Below are positions 8,013 to 16,201 of a stretch of 32,272 bases of DNA, piece after piece; within the stretch, counting starts at the first letter, position 1; each line of letters opens with the position of its first letter. Origin of the DNA: an uncultured virus (IMG/VR IMGVR_UViG_3300037843_000309) (lineage: Duplodnaviria; Heunggongvirae; Uroviricota; Caudoviricetes); IMG/VR virus record IMGVR_UViG_3300037843_000309. The stretch is one strand, 5' to 3'. Made by a program: the position numbers and the translations under genes. The notes below the pieces were generated by a model. The model was not told the origin of the DNA and made no database searches. It was given only the letters and a program-made list of their open reading frames with translations.

Positions 8013-9949
8013 TGGGAATCGCGGTGATGGCGTCCGGGGAACTCGACCAGGCAGAGAAATTTGCGAATCGAAGCGGAGCGCTTCCGCCACCCTTACTCAG
8101 GTACAAGTCCGACGAGCCTTTTTACCCGAAATACTACCTCGACAGCGCCTCCCGCTGGGCCGACACGGTCTACGAGGAATCCGTCAACCAACTTAGTTAC
8201 GACGAGGAAACGGCGCAAGCCACCCGCTACATCCAGTTAATCATGGGGAAGCAGTGGCCCGCCGAACGCCCCAATTACAAGTCGCGGCCCGTCATCAACA
8301 AAATCTCCAAATTCTTCTGGGAACTCGTCGCCTACCTCACCGACCTTCGCCTCAACATCGACGTTTCCACCGAAAACGACGAATACAAGAAGCTGACGGA
8401 GTTGTTCAAAAAGACCGTGCAGTGGAATTACCGTAACGAGCGCGGGACAATGGCGACCATCTTCGCCATCATGCACGCTTCTCTGGGCTCCGGATACATC
8501 AAGGTCTACCCGAACAACGTCAAAAACGACATCTGCTACCTCCCCTGCGGGCCCGACTCCGTCACGCCCATCATGGCGAATCCGATCGACCTCCAGCTTT
8601 CCGCCGGCATCATTCACCAGGCGTGGATGCCGCTGACGTGGTTTCAGGAGAAGTTCCCGAATTCTGGCCACTCCGTCCAGGCGGAAATGAGTTACGAAGG
8701 CGAATCGATGGGCGAGCGCCCGGGGTACGTACCCGAATACACTTGGAACGCTATCGCGCCAGGTCTCCGCAAGTTCCTCTATTCGGTGAGCCAACCTGAA
8801 ACCCGCGGCGGCGGGGGATGGGGAACAGGGAAGATGCCGGTCGCGCTCTACACCGAGTTCTGGTTTCGCGACCCTCAAATCAACACCTCGCGGCAGGACA
8901 TCAAGATTGGTTCGGGAAACTGGTCGTACACGGTTCTCCCGGGCGAGCGCATCTACCCGTGGGGGCGCCTGCTATGCACTGCGCAGAAAACCCGGCGCAA
9001 GCCGCTTTACGATGGCCCCAACTTCCACTGGCACGGCCAATTCCCCTTCGCGCTTCTACGCCTTCAACCCGTCCCCTGGATGTGGAGTGGAATATCAGAG
9101 TTCCGCGACCTCTGGCCCATCAACTCGTCACTCAACCAGGTGGTGGCCGACGGCCTCGACCTCCAAAAGCAATGCCTCAACCCCACCTTCGCGGTGAAGG
9201 ATGGCGCGATTGACGAAGCGACGTGGGCGAAGTACTTCCCAGGGATGCCCGGGCAGAAGATTCGCATGTTGTTGCGCAACGAAACCATCGACCAGCAGAT
9301 GAAGTGGATTTACCCCGACATGGGGATCCTTAACTCCGTCCCCCAGATGTACCAGTTGCTCAAGGGGGCGTTCGACGAGCAGAGCGGCATCATCGACATT
9401 GGCAAGCTGTCATCGAAAAAGCAGGTACCCTCGGAGTCCACCGTCGAGTCGATCCGCGAGTCGCAACAGGGGAAGTTCCGGGTGAAAGGGCTTTTCCTCG
9501 AACAGTTCATTGAGGACGTGGGGAGGCTGGCGCTCTCGGACATAATTCAGTTTTACACCCGCAAGCGCGTCATCCAGATGTTCGGATCGAAGGGGCTCGA
9601 ATGGGAGCACCTCGACTACGACCCCGACACTATTGTTCCCTACATCCAAAACCAAAAGGGAAGCGTTGATCCCTACTTCCGCGGGCGCGACTTCGTCAAA
9701 CAGTTTATTTTGAGTGTAGCCGCTGGCAGCGGGATGCCGGCGCAGCGTCGCGCCAACGCCGAAATCGCCATGGCGCTTCGCCGCGGGCGAGACATCGACC
9801 GCAAGAGCCTGATTCATGCCTTGCAGGAAGCCGGATACAACCTGCCGCCGGCAGAGGTCATCGACCTGCGGCTGCGGGAAGAATTTTCTCCACCCCCGCC
9901 GAAAAAGGGCGGGAAGGGTGCCGGGGCACAGGTACCGGCACCGGCGTAG
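8012..9949 (+). CDS. Portal protein (P22-like/podovirus type)
   Basis: 645 aa, between TerL and the capsid genes; motifs RPVINKI, GQFPF..LR..P.PW.WSG, INSSLNQ..D, FDEQSGI; low-complexity C-terminal tail. Confidence 0.85.
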   Translation: MGIAVMASGELDQAEKFANRSGALPPPLLRYKSDEPFYPKYYLDSASRWADTVYEESVNQLSYDEETAQATRYIQLIMGKQWPAERPNYKSRPVINKISKFFWELVAYLTDLRLNIDVSTENDEYKKLTELFKKTVQWNYRNERGTMATIFAIMHASLGSGYIKVYPNNVKNDICYLPCGPDSVTPIMANPIDLQLSAGIIHQAWMPLTWFQEKFPNSGHSVQAEMSYEGESMGERPGYVPEYTWNAIAPGLRKFLYSVSQPETRGGGGWGTGKMPVALYTEFWFRDPQINTSRQDIKIGSGNWSYTVLPGERIYPWGRLLCTAQKTRRKPLYDGPNFHWHGQFPFALLRLQPVPWMWSGISEFRDLWPINSSLNQVVADGLDLQKQCLNPTFAVKDGAIDEATWAKYFPGMPGQKIRMLLRNETIDQQMKWIYPDMGILNSVPQMYQLLKGAFDEQSGIIDIGKLSSKKQVPSESTVESIRESQQGKFRVKGLFLEQFIEDVGRLALSDIIQFYTRKRVIQMFGSKGLEWEHLDYDPDTIVPYIQNQKGSVDPYFRGRDFVKQFILSVAAGSGMPAQRRANAEIAMALRRGRDIDRKSLIHALQEAGYNLPPAEVIDLRLREEFSPPPPKKGGKGAGAQVPAPA

Positions 9950-9957
9950 GGAGGGAC

Positions 9958-10200
9958 ATGCGACGAACAACTGACAATCGGGAGTACGCGGTTTTAACCT
10001 ACTGTGGGCGGCGAATCGAGGTCCATCCCGACATTTTCAATGCCTGCTACTTTTTGCTCAACGATCCCGACAAGTCTGCCAAAATAGAAATCGGCGTGAT
10101 GAGCGGAAACATCTCAAACGTGCATATTAACGGCCTGAAAGCGAGTTCGCTGATGCCAGAACCTGCCATGAACGAGCCTCTCTACACCTTCACGAAGTAG
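9958..10200 (+). CDS. Hypothetical protein
   Basis: SD GGAGG; 80 aa; KIEIGVMSGNISNV loosely resembles a YezD/DUF2292-type beta-hairpin. Confidence 0.65.
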   Translation: MRRTTDNREYAVLTYCGRRIEVHPDIFNACYFLLNDPDKSAKIEIGVMSGNISNVHINGLKASSLMPEPAMNEPLYTFTK

Positions 10201-10208
10201 GAAAAAAC

Positions 10209-10227
10209 CAGTGCAGGACCTGCACTG
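10209..10227. repeat. Palindrome copy 5 (CAGTGCAG-GAC-CTGCACTG)
   Basis: Perfect 8-bp arms, 8 nt after a stop codon and 13 nt upstream of a TTGACT box. Confidence 0.95.
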
Positions 10228-10240
10228 ACAAAAATCACCC

Positions 10241-10269
10241 TTGACTTTTGATTTTCACTATTGCAGACT
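10241..10269 (+). promoter_or_regulatory. Candidate sigma70-type promoter
   Basis: TTGACT (10241-10246), 17 bp, CAGACT (10264-10269), in an AT-rich intergenic gap. The -10 is only a partial match. Confidence 0.45.
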
Positions 10270-10326
10270 CCCTTCTGATAGCAAGGGTTCCCTCCCTTGA
10301 CTTTCACCTTCTACGGTGGCGGATCC

Positions 10327-10372
10327 AACGGGGGACTCAGGCAGAAATGCCCGGGTCCCCCGTTTTGCTTTT
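10327..10372 (+). terminator. Intrinsic terminator / attenuator hairpin
   Basis: AACGGGGGAC...GGCA-GAAA-TGCC...GTCCCCCGTT followed by TTGCTTTT. Confidence 0.75.
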
Positions 10373-10386
10373 ATGGGAGAAAACGA

Positions 10387-10569
10387 ATGCGAAAAATGAA
10401 GTACAAAACCACGGGCCGCATGGACCCGAAGCACGCCGTCTCCGGAGGGTTTGGCGGACGCATGGATCCGAAGCGCGCGGTGAGTGGCGCGAAGGGTGTT
10501 GGGTCGGGGCGGATGGCGAAAGCGAGTCGCGGCTCCCACTACGGCAGCCGAAAGCACCGGGGGAGATAG
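10387..10569 (+). CDS. Small basic Gly/Arg/Lys-rich protein with tandem GRMDPKxAVSG repeat
   Basis: SD GGGAG before ATG 10387; GRMDPKHAVSG and GRMDPKRAVSG; ends RKHRGR. Confidence 0.7.
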   Translation: MRKMKYKTTGRMDPKHAVSGGFGGRMDPKRAVSGAKGVGSGRMAKASRGSHYGSRKHRGR

Positions 10570-10572
10570 CCG

Positions 10573-10767
10573 ATGCGCGGTACCGCCGTTCCCGCCGACG
10601 CTCCCGAGCGCGAGTACGATTGCAAGGCTGACGCGCGGACGCTGATGGAAGCGGAAGAAATCAGGGCCGACGAGAAGAGGATGCAGGGCGTGCGTGAGCA
10701 TGCCGGAAGGCTCAAGTCGGCAGTAGGGCGCGGCAAGCGCGCGAAGCGCGAGAAGGTTCGCGAGTAG
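10573..10767 (+). CDS. Small phage protein (DARTLxxAEEIxxD motif) with basic tail
   Basis: SD GGGGAG; motif I recall from small podophage head-region ORFs; ends GKRAKREKVRE. Confidence 0.75.
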   Translation: MRGTAVPADAPEREYDCKADARTLMEAEEIRADEKRMQGVREHAGRLKSAVGRGKRAKREKVRE

Positions 10768-10772
10768 ACAAT

Positions 10773-11246
10773 ATGTGGAAACTCGGCAACACAACGCCAA
10801 CCCGGGAAGATTGGATCAAGATGGCGGTTTGGATTGACGCCGAGGGTTGCATTGAGGGTCTTCATTCTCGGACGGGGAAGCGAAGATGTCTTTCTCTTCG
10901 GGTGGCGGTGACGGTTTTTAATACCGACCCGAGAGTTTTCCTCTGGTGCCACAAGACGTTTGGTGGTGGCGGGAAGTCGATTGTCCGGAAAAGAAATTAT
11001 GGCCGTCCCTGCTATAACTGGCGGTGTTCTGGGCGATGCGCGAAGTGGATTTTGGAGAATTGCCTTGAGCACTTCTTGATTAAGCGTGAGCAGGCCGAGA
11101 TTGCTTTGGCTTTGTATGCGACGACCTTGCGACAGGGAGGGCAGAACGGCGCCCTGACACCTGAGTTAATATTTAAGCGCGAAGCGATGTTTTCCGCGTT
11201 GAAAAGTTTGAAACACCAACAGCACCAACCTCCAGTAATTCAGTAG
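10773..11246 (+). CDS. Free-standing single-motif LAGLIDADG homing endonuclease
   Basis: WIKMAVWIDAEGCI helix, then VTVFNTD, FGGG, YNW and HFLIKREQA, typical of the LAGLIDADG fold. Confidence 0.85.
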   Translation: MWKLGNTTPTREDWIKMAVWIDAEGCIEGLHSRTGKRRCLSLRVAVTVFNTDPRVFLWCHKTFGGGGKSIVRKRNYGRPCYNWRCSGRCAKWILENCLEHFLIKREQAEIALALYATTLRQGGQNGALTPELIFKREAMFSALKSLKHQQHQPPVIQ

Positions 11247-11266
11247 GTTGGGGAAAGGAGATCACC

Positions 11267-11314
11267 GTGGATATTATGCGTTCCAAGCGCGGTAAGAAGC
11301 ACCGCAAAGGTTAA
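11267..11314 (+). CDS. 15-aa basic micropeptide MDIMRSKRGKKHRKG
   Basis: Strong SD AAAGGAG 6 nt before the GTG; basic tail resembles neighbouring genes. Below the ORF-track size cutoff. Confidence 0.5.
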   Translation: MDIMRSKRGKKHRKG

Positions 11315-11316
11315 TC

Positions 11317-11398
11317 CTCCTCTCCCCCTGAGCTTTCCGCAAGGATAGCTCCCCGGGAGTCGGGTTAATCGGGGGAGGGGGGCGGCGAGTTCCCCTCC
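11317..11398 (+). promoter_or_regulatory. Structured RNA element with alternative pairings
   Basis: 11317-11328 pairs with 11371-11382, enclosing a GCAA-tetraloop hairpin and a CCCG/CGGG hairpin; alternatively 11374-11380 pairs with 11392-11398. Confidence 0.5.
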
Positions 11399-11431
11399 TA
11401 CCACCTTTTCACCACCAAGAAGTGAGGTAAC

Positions 11432-11779
11432 ATGCCGACACCGCATGGCAGCAAGATTATCATGGACAGCGCGACGATTGCGCCGAACGCCAAGGATCAC
11501 TCGGGTTTGGCGACCAGCCAGTTCAATGGCAAGGGTGGGCGCTCTGCCATCCACAACGAGATGGCGACTCCGACGCCGGAAAGCACCCTGAAGTCTGTGC
11601 CTCCGAGCCTTGCCGCATGGGCCGACACGCCCCCCAAGGGAGCGCATATCATGCCAGCGTCAACACATACCCCTGTTGTGCAAGACGGCGGCTTTGCTGA
11701 CTATGTTACCGGGAGCGGCTCGGCGAGCGAAATTGTGAAGTCTGGCAAATTTCCAAAGCCGGGATCCTGGGGTAAATAA
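11432..11779 (+). CDS. Hypothetical protein, paralog A (FNGKGGR..I.NEMAT motif)
   Basis: SD GAGGT; homologous to the next gene. Confidence 0.8.
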   Translation: MPTPHGSKIIMDSATIAPNAKDHSGLATSQFNGKGGRSAIHNEMATPTPESTLKSVPPSLAAWADTPPKGAHIMPASTHTPVVQDGGFADYVTGSGSASEIVKSGKFPKPGSWGK

Positions 11780-12084
11780 TGGCGTCGAAGCAGACAGGCC
11801 GCGTCGTGATGGATGGAGCTACGGTTCCTCCGTGCGACAAGTCGATTTCCCCCATCGCCGCCACGTATTTCAATGGTAAGGGTGGCCGCCGGGGAATTTG
11901 CAACGAGATGGCGACCCTGCCTTCCCAAAAAGACCTTGGTCCAGTTCCGAGCGGCGAGGACATGAATTACGAAATCACCAATCGCAAGGGAGTGGTGGTA
12001 AGTCCAATCGCTGCAATATCTCCAACACCTTCTTTCGCTGATGGTACGACAAGGCCCGGTAAGCAGCCGGGGCCGTGGGAATAA
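11779..12084 (+). CDS. Hypothetical protein, paralog B
   Basis: TAATG overlap; shares MD.AT..P, FNGKGGR..I.NEMAT, FAD and PG.W with 11432-11779. Confidence 0.8.
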   Translation: MASKQTGRVVMDGATVPPCDKSISPIAATYFNGKGGRRGICNEMATLPSQKDLGPVPSGEDMNYEITNRKGVVVSPIAAISPTPSFADGTTRPGKQPGPWE

Positions 12085-12087
12085 TCA

Positions 12088-12441
12088 ATGGGAATGGCAC
12101 CACAAGCGACGCCTCCAACACCGCCCAACGTGCGCGGCCAGCAAGGCCCCCTTGGGCAGATTGCGTCCGGATCCCCCAACCCCGTCGACCTCATCACCCA
12201 AAAGCTTACGTCCGTTGCCGACGAGATGCGTCGGATTCTTCCACTTGTCCAACAGGTCAAACCCGGAGCCATGATGTACTTCGAGCGTGGACTCCAAGCT
12301 TTTGCTCTGGGAATGTCCGAACTTCAGGGGGAATCGCGTCCCGACATGACACCCCCCACACCGCCCGAGGCACCCAATGAGCCGGCGGCTCCGCCCAGCG
12401 CATCGGCCGGACCGCAGCCCGGAGGGTATCCTGGTGCCTGA
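12088..12441 (+). CDS. Pro/Gln-rich head-region protein
   Basis: Helical core flanked by Pro-rich tails; lies shortly upstream of the scaffold gene. Confidence 0.7.
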   Translation: MGMAPQATPPTPPNVRGQQGPLGQIASGSPNPVDLITQKLTSVADEMRRILPLVQQVKPGAMMYFERGLQAFALGMSELQGESRPDMTPPTPPEAPNEPAAPPSASAGPQPGGYPGA

Positions 12442-12643
12442 AGAAGCAGGCAAAAACGCTTCCATGGAAGCGTCTAAACGCGAGTCGGAAATAGCACAGG
12501 ATTCGCGTGTAACAGCAAGAAACGATGCAGTTAATGCCGATCCAAGGCTTGGCGGAGCATTTGGGCCTAATGATTGGATGCGATCTGGAACTTACCGGAA
12601 CGATGGTGGTTCGGGTCGTAAAAGAAAAAAAGGGAGACGATAA
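12434..12643 (+). CDS. Small protein with basic C-terminus (...GRKRKKGRR)
   Basis: GGAGG at 12421-12425 precedes the in-frame GTG at 12434. Confidence 0.6.
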   Translation: MPEEAGKNASMEASKRESEIAQDSRVTARNDAVNADPRLGGAFGPNDWMRSGTYRNDGGSGRKRKKGRR

Positions 12644-12644
12644 C

Positions 12645-12661
12645 CAGTGCAGGACATGCAC
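12645..12661. repeat. Palindrome copy 6 (CAGTGCAG-GAC-aTGCAC)
   Basis: One core mismatch; directly after the TAA at 12641-12643. Confidence 0.85.
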
Positions 12662-12767
12662 CAATCAGAAGCGCAAGTGGTTAGCGGAAGCGTAGAGCGG
12701 TACTGGAACCCCGTTCGCGGGGAAGGTCACCGTTCCGTGGGCCGACTATCCATGGAGGCGAACTGAC

Positions 12768-13685
12768 ATGGGAAACCCATTCACCAGTCTTTTGAACGAT
12801 TTAAGTAACCCGGCTGACAAGGAAATTTTGACCAAACTCAGTCCGGAAGGGCAAGAATTCCTTTCCGGCGCCGCCATGCGGCAGTCGGACTTCTCCCGCA
12901 AGAACGACGAATACGTCCGCCTGAAGACCGCAGCTTCCACCTGGGAACCGTGGCAGGCCGGACAGCGACCGGAGTGGGAACGGCGCTATAAAGAATTCCC
13001 AACAGTCGAAGCAAAGGCGCGAGAACTGGAACAGAAATACGTGACCGCGCAAGCCGAAATTGACGCACTCAAAGCGGCCTCACCCAATGCCGATGGGTCC
13101 ATCGACATCTCGAAACTCTCTCAATCGACGGTAGACCTGCTGCAAAGCAAGTTGAAACCGCAACTTGAAGGTTTCGTGACGAAGGCGGATCTCAAGACGG
13201 CCATGGAAGAGGTTGCGAAAACTGCCTGGACCCGGACCGCAGAGGACCTTCTGCCGGTGGCGATGCAGGCTCAGGAACTCTCGCAGCGGTATTACCGGGA
13301 GTTTGGCGAGCCCATGTCCCACGAAACCATCATCAAGGTGGCAGCCGAAAGCGGACGGAAGGGTCAGGAGTCACTCGATTTCGCCTGGCAGAAGCTTGCG
13401 GGCCCGAAGTTGGAAGCGAAGCGCCAAGCCGACATCGACCAAAAGATCAAAGAAGCCGAAGAACGCGGGGTTCAGAAGGGATTGCGCGAGGCGCAAACCC
13501 ACAACAACCTCCCTCCGGGGATGGAAGAAGGGGCTCCCGGGTTCCAGTTCGCGAAGCCCGTGGAGTCGATTGACCAGCTTCCCCCCGATTACGAGCTTGG
13601 CCAGAAGGGCGGGTTCATGCTCGGTCAACTCGCCGGAGACGAATTAAGGAAATTGGGCGCCCAGCGCTCACAGCAAGGGACTTGA
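12768..13685 (+). CDS. Capsid scaffolding protein
   Basis: SD GGAGG; charged coiled-coil protein immediately before the capsid gene; RQSDFSRK motif of the DY.RK type. Confidence 0.75.
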   Translation: MGNPFTSLLNDLSNPADKEILTKLSPEGQEFLSGAAMRQSDFSRKNDEYVRLKTAASTWEPWQAGQRPEWERRYKEFPTVEAKARELEQKYVTAQAEIDALKAASPNADGSIDISKLSQSTVDLLQSKLKPQLEGFVTKADLKTAMEEVAKTAWTRTAEDLLPVAMQAQELSQRYYREFGEPMSHETIIKVAAESGRKGQESLDFAWQKLAGPKLEAKRQADIDQKIKEAEERGVQKGLREAQTHNNLPPGMEEGAPGFQFAKPVESIDQLPPDYELGQKGGFMLGQLAGDELRKLGAQRSQQGT

Positions 13686-13729
13686 AAATCAACCGGATGC
13701 CTTTCACCCGGTAAACTGGAGTAAAGACA

Positions 13730-14725
13730 ATGCTTGCACTGACTGATATTAACAGCGTTACGCAGCGCATGATCGTCCCGAAGGCCTACGACGTGGTGTT
13801 CAAGTACAGCCCCATGTTTGTGCGCCTCCGGACCCGGCATGCAGTGCAGTTTACCGGCGGCACGTCCATCGACACGCCCATCATCTACCAGAAGCTGAAA
13901 GGTGGACCGTTCACCCGCGGCCAGGGCCTCAACATCGACTACGTGAACACGGACACCGCGTTCAGCGTCAAGCCGAAGTTCTACTATGTCTCCGTCGTGC
14001 TGTTCGGGACGGACGGTATTCTGAACCGCGGCGAGAATGCGGCCATGTCGCTGGTGGAATTGAAACTGGCAAACGCCGCCGCGGCCATGGGCGAGAACCT
14101 GTCGATCGATATGTACCTCGACGGCCTCTCAACCACCGCTGTCAACACGAACCTGGGAGCCAACTCGACCACCGCGTCGCTCGACGGCTTCGCCCAGTGG
14201 ATTGATGACGGCACCAACGTCACGACCGTTGGCAGCATCACCCGCACCGACCTGAGCGCGGCCGGAACCGTTGGAGGCGGGAACGCCTACTTCAAGTCGT
14301 TCGCGAGCACCCCCATCGCCACCACCGACCTCAACACCGCCTTCGGTAAGGCGTGGTTTGGTCCCGACCGTCCCGACCTGCTGTCGGCAACCCCCGACGT
14401 CTGGAACTACGTCGTCGCGAAGTTGCAGCCGGCCCAGCGCTTCGACCGCCCCGACACCGACGTGGTCAAGGCGGGGTTCCAAGCGATCCAGTACATGGGC
14501 GCCGACTTCGTGGTCGACAACTACTGCCCCGCGAGCTCGCTGTGGGGCTTCAACACGAAGTACATCCAGTTCTACATGACAACCAATCGGTTATTTCAAT
14601 TTGGGTTTACAGGTTTCAAAGATGACCAAGGCACTGTAGACTACGCCGGCCAGTATCTTTTCGGCGGAAACATTGTAGTCGCGAACCCTCGGACCTGTTT
14701 CCAGTTGGTTCTGATCTCCGGTTAA
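13730..14725 (+). CDS. Major capsid protein (HK97 fold)
   Basis: 331 aa after the scaffold; GG..I..PI.Y, Y.DG, LDGF...I, VGSITR, GF..I.Y.GA..V.D..CP and C-terminal G......NPR; strongly C/G-ending codons. Confidence 0.9.
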   Translation: MLALTDINSVTQRMIVPKAYDVVFKYSPMFVRLRTRHAVQFTGGTSIDTPIIYQKLKGGPFTRGQGLNIDYVNTDTAFSVKPKFYYVSVVLFGTDGILNRGENAAMSLVELKLANAAAAMGENLSIDMYLDGLSTTAVNTNLGANSTTASLDGFAQWIDDGTNVTTVGSITRTDLSAAGTVGGGNAYFKSFASTPIATTDLNTAFGKAWFGPDRPDLLSATPDVWNYVVAKLQPAQRFDRPDTDVVKAGFQAIQYMGADFVVDNYCPASSLWGFNTKYIQFYMTTNRLFQFGFTGFKDDQGTVDYAGQYLFGGNIVVANPRTCFQLVLISG

Positions 14726-14744
14726 TAGCCGGGAGTGAGTTTAG

Positions 14745-14764
14745 GGGCGGCGGAAACGCCGCCC
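14745..14764 (+). other. GC-rich GAAA-tetraloop hairpin after the capsid gene
   Basis: GGGCGGCG-GAAA-CGCCGCCC with no U-tract, so more likely an mRNA stabiliser or pause site than a terminator. Confidence 0.6.
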
Positions 14765-14772
14765 GAGTAATC

Positions 14773-14791
14773 CAGTGCAGCACCTGCACTG
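14773..14791. repeat. Palindrome copy 7 (CAGTGCAG-CAC-CTGCACTG)
   Basis: Perfect 8-bp arms, intergenic. Confidence 0.95.
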
Positions 14792-14816
14792 ACACGAAGC
14801 TTGACGGAGGATTACC

Positions 14817-15473
14817 ATGCCAGTAGGCGTACCGAGTACTTTTGGACACTTGATTATCCCGACCACGCAGGTCACGACGGGGAACGTTTACACCGTGAAC
14901 GACCAGGTCGCAAACAGCGCGGTTCCACCCATCCCGCCTGGCTCTATCTGGTTTACCAAGGACGTCGCCGGAAACTGCGTTGAGTACCAGTACGTGCGGC
15001 TCGCCTCCTCGAACACGTCTGGGAACAACTGGGCTCCCGGAAGCCCTCTCTACTACCGCGACTTCACGCGGACGGTGGTGTCGGACTTCGCGAACGATTC
15101 TGCGACCTTCGTTTCTGGCACCTGCGCCTTCGTGTCGTCCTTTGCTGGCGTGCTGCTGAACCAGAGCGCCGTCAACGGTGGAAACAACGCCAACGCCAAC
15201 GACAGCTACGTCATCATCATCAAGAACGGCGTCATCCCGATCCAGACGGGTAACGCTCAAGTCGGAAATGCCAACAGCGTCAGCCAGTTGATGGCGGCTG
15301 GAAACTTCGGTGCTCTGGCTGCGAGCAACACCAGCATGGGGTATCAGGATCAATGGATCACCTCTAACGCCAGCTTCCCCCCGATTGGTGTTGCCAATAA
15401 CAGCGCTCCGTTAGTCGCCTTCATCACGGCGATTTCGGCTACCCAGGCGTTCCTGGTTGGGCCCATCATCTAG
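14817..15473 (+). CDS. Putative capsid decoration/cement protein
   Basis: SD GGAGG; follows the capsid gene; G...EYQYVR and GV........Y..I...G pattern; beta-rich. Confidence 0.65.
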   Translation: MPVGVPSTFGHLIIPTTQVTTGNVYTVNDQVANSAVPPIPPGSIWFTKDVAGNCVEYQYVRLASSNTSGNNWAPGSPLYYRDFTRTVVSDFANDSATFVSGTCAFVSSFAGVLLNQSAVNGGNNANANDSYVIIIKNGVIPIQTGNAQVGNANSVSQLMAAGNFGALAASNTSMGYQDQWITSNASFPPIGVANNSAPLVAFITAISATQAFLVGPII

Positions 15474-15482
15474 GAGGGCGCT

Positions 15483-15689
15483 TTGCCGGCGGTCGTGTCA
15501 AGCTACCTCGCCGCTCTGGAGTGGAAGGAGGGCGAGGGGCTAAATGCGCAGTTCAAGAACGGAAGGGTAGCGAACTACCCCGACGTTCCCGAAGAGGTCT
15601 ATCTTTCCGTGATTGGCTCGGCGTCGGTCGGAAGCGCCTTTGACAGCCAGGTGAAGAAGGCGGGGTACGCCTTCACCTATATCGCATAG
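15483..15689 (+). CDS. KTSC domain protein
   Basis: SS.L....W....L..QFKNG....Y.DVP..VY......S.GS.F...VK..Y is the KTSC signature; SD AGGAGG. Confidence 0.9.
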   Translation: MPAVVSSYLAALEWKEGEGLNAQFKNGRVANYPDVPEEVYLSVIGSASVGSAFDSQVKKAGYAFTYIA

Positions 15690-15700
15690 GGAGATCTACG

Positions 15701-16153
15701 ATGGCATTAAAAATAACGGCGGTGCAGGGTCCGAACGGAGCATACGCGAATCTGGGTGACCTCAACGGGAGACTCTATTTGATCACCGGAGACACCTCCT
15801 ATCCCAATGGCGGAACCGAACCCACCAGTGGATATACGGTGAAGGGCAATATCGCCCTTGGCACGATCCTCTACGGGCATGCAAATCCGGCCTCAAACAA
15901 TGCCATGGGAGTCGAGTGCAAGTTCAGGCCCGATACGGGCAGAGTCCATTTCTTCTACCCAACTGGTGGAACGACCGGAAACGCAAACGTGGGTGGAAGC
16001 CCGCTGGTAACCCCTGGCAGCGCGACGAACAACAGTAATAACAGCACCCTTGGTGGGAACAACGCCACCCTGACCGGCGGTCCCGGGATTGAAATTCCGA
16101 ACGGCGCAAATTGCGTGAGTTTGAGTTACCAGGTGCTGTTCATCGGATACTAA
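15701..16153 (+). CDS. Putative virion structural protein
   Basis: SD GGGAG; GDTSYPNGG..Y motif; Gly/Asn/Thr-rich; C-terminal V.FIGY. Confidence 0.65.
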   Translation: MALKITAVQGPNGAYANLGDLNGRLYLITGDTSYPNGGTEPTSGYTVKGNIALGTILYGHANPASNNAMGVECKFRPDTGRVHFFYPTGGTTGNANVGGSPLVTPGSATNNSNNSTLGGNNATLTGGPGIEIPNGANCVSLSYQVLFIGY

Positions 16154-16155
16154 CC

Positions 16156-16174
16156 CAGTGCAGGACATGCACTG
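16156..16174. repeat. Palindrome copy 8 (CAGTGCAG-GAC-aTGCACTG), followed by a T7 tract
   Basis: Directly after a TAA stop; ACTTTTTTT at 16175-16183 may let it double as a terminator. Confidence 0.9.
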
Positions 16175-16201
16175 ACTTTTTTTGATGAGGGATGAAATAG
16201 T

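Noticed and set aside
10768..11430. Group I intron around the LAGLIDADG ORF
   Set aside because: No recognisable P7/R-S core sequence, little non-coding space, and the flanking genes appear complete.
14801..14829. TTGACG after palindrome copy 7 as a -35 box
   Set aside because: The matching -10 would be poor and would fall inside the downstream CDS; the sequence overlaps the SD.
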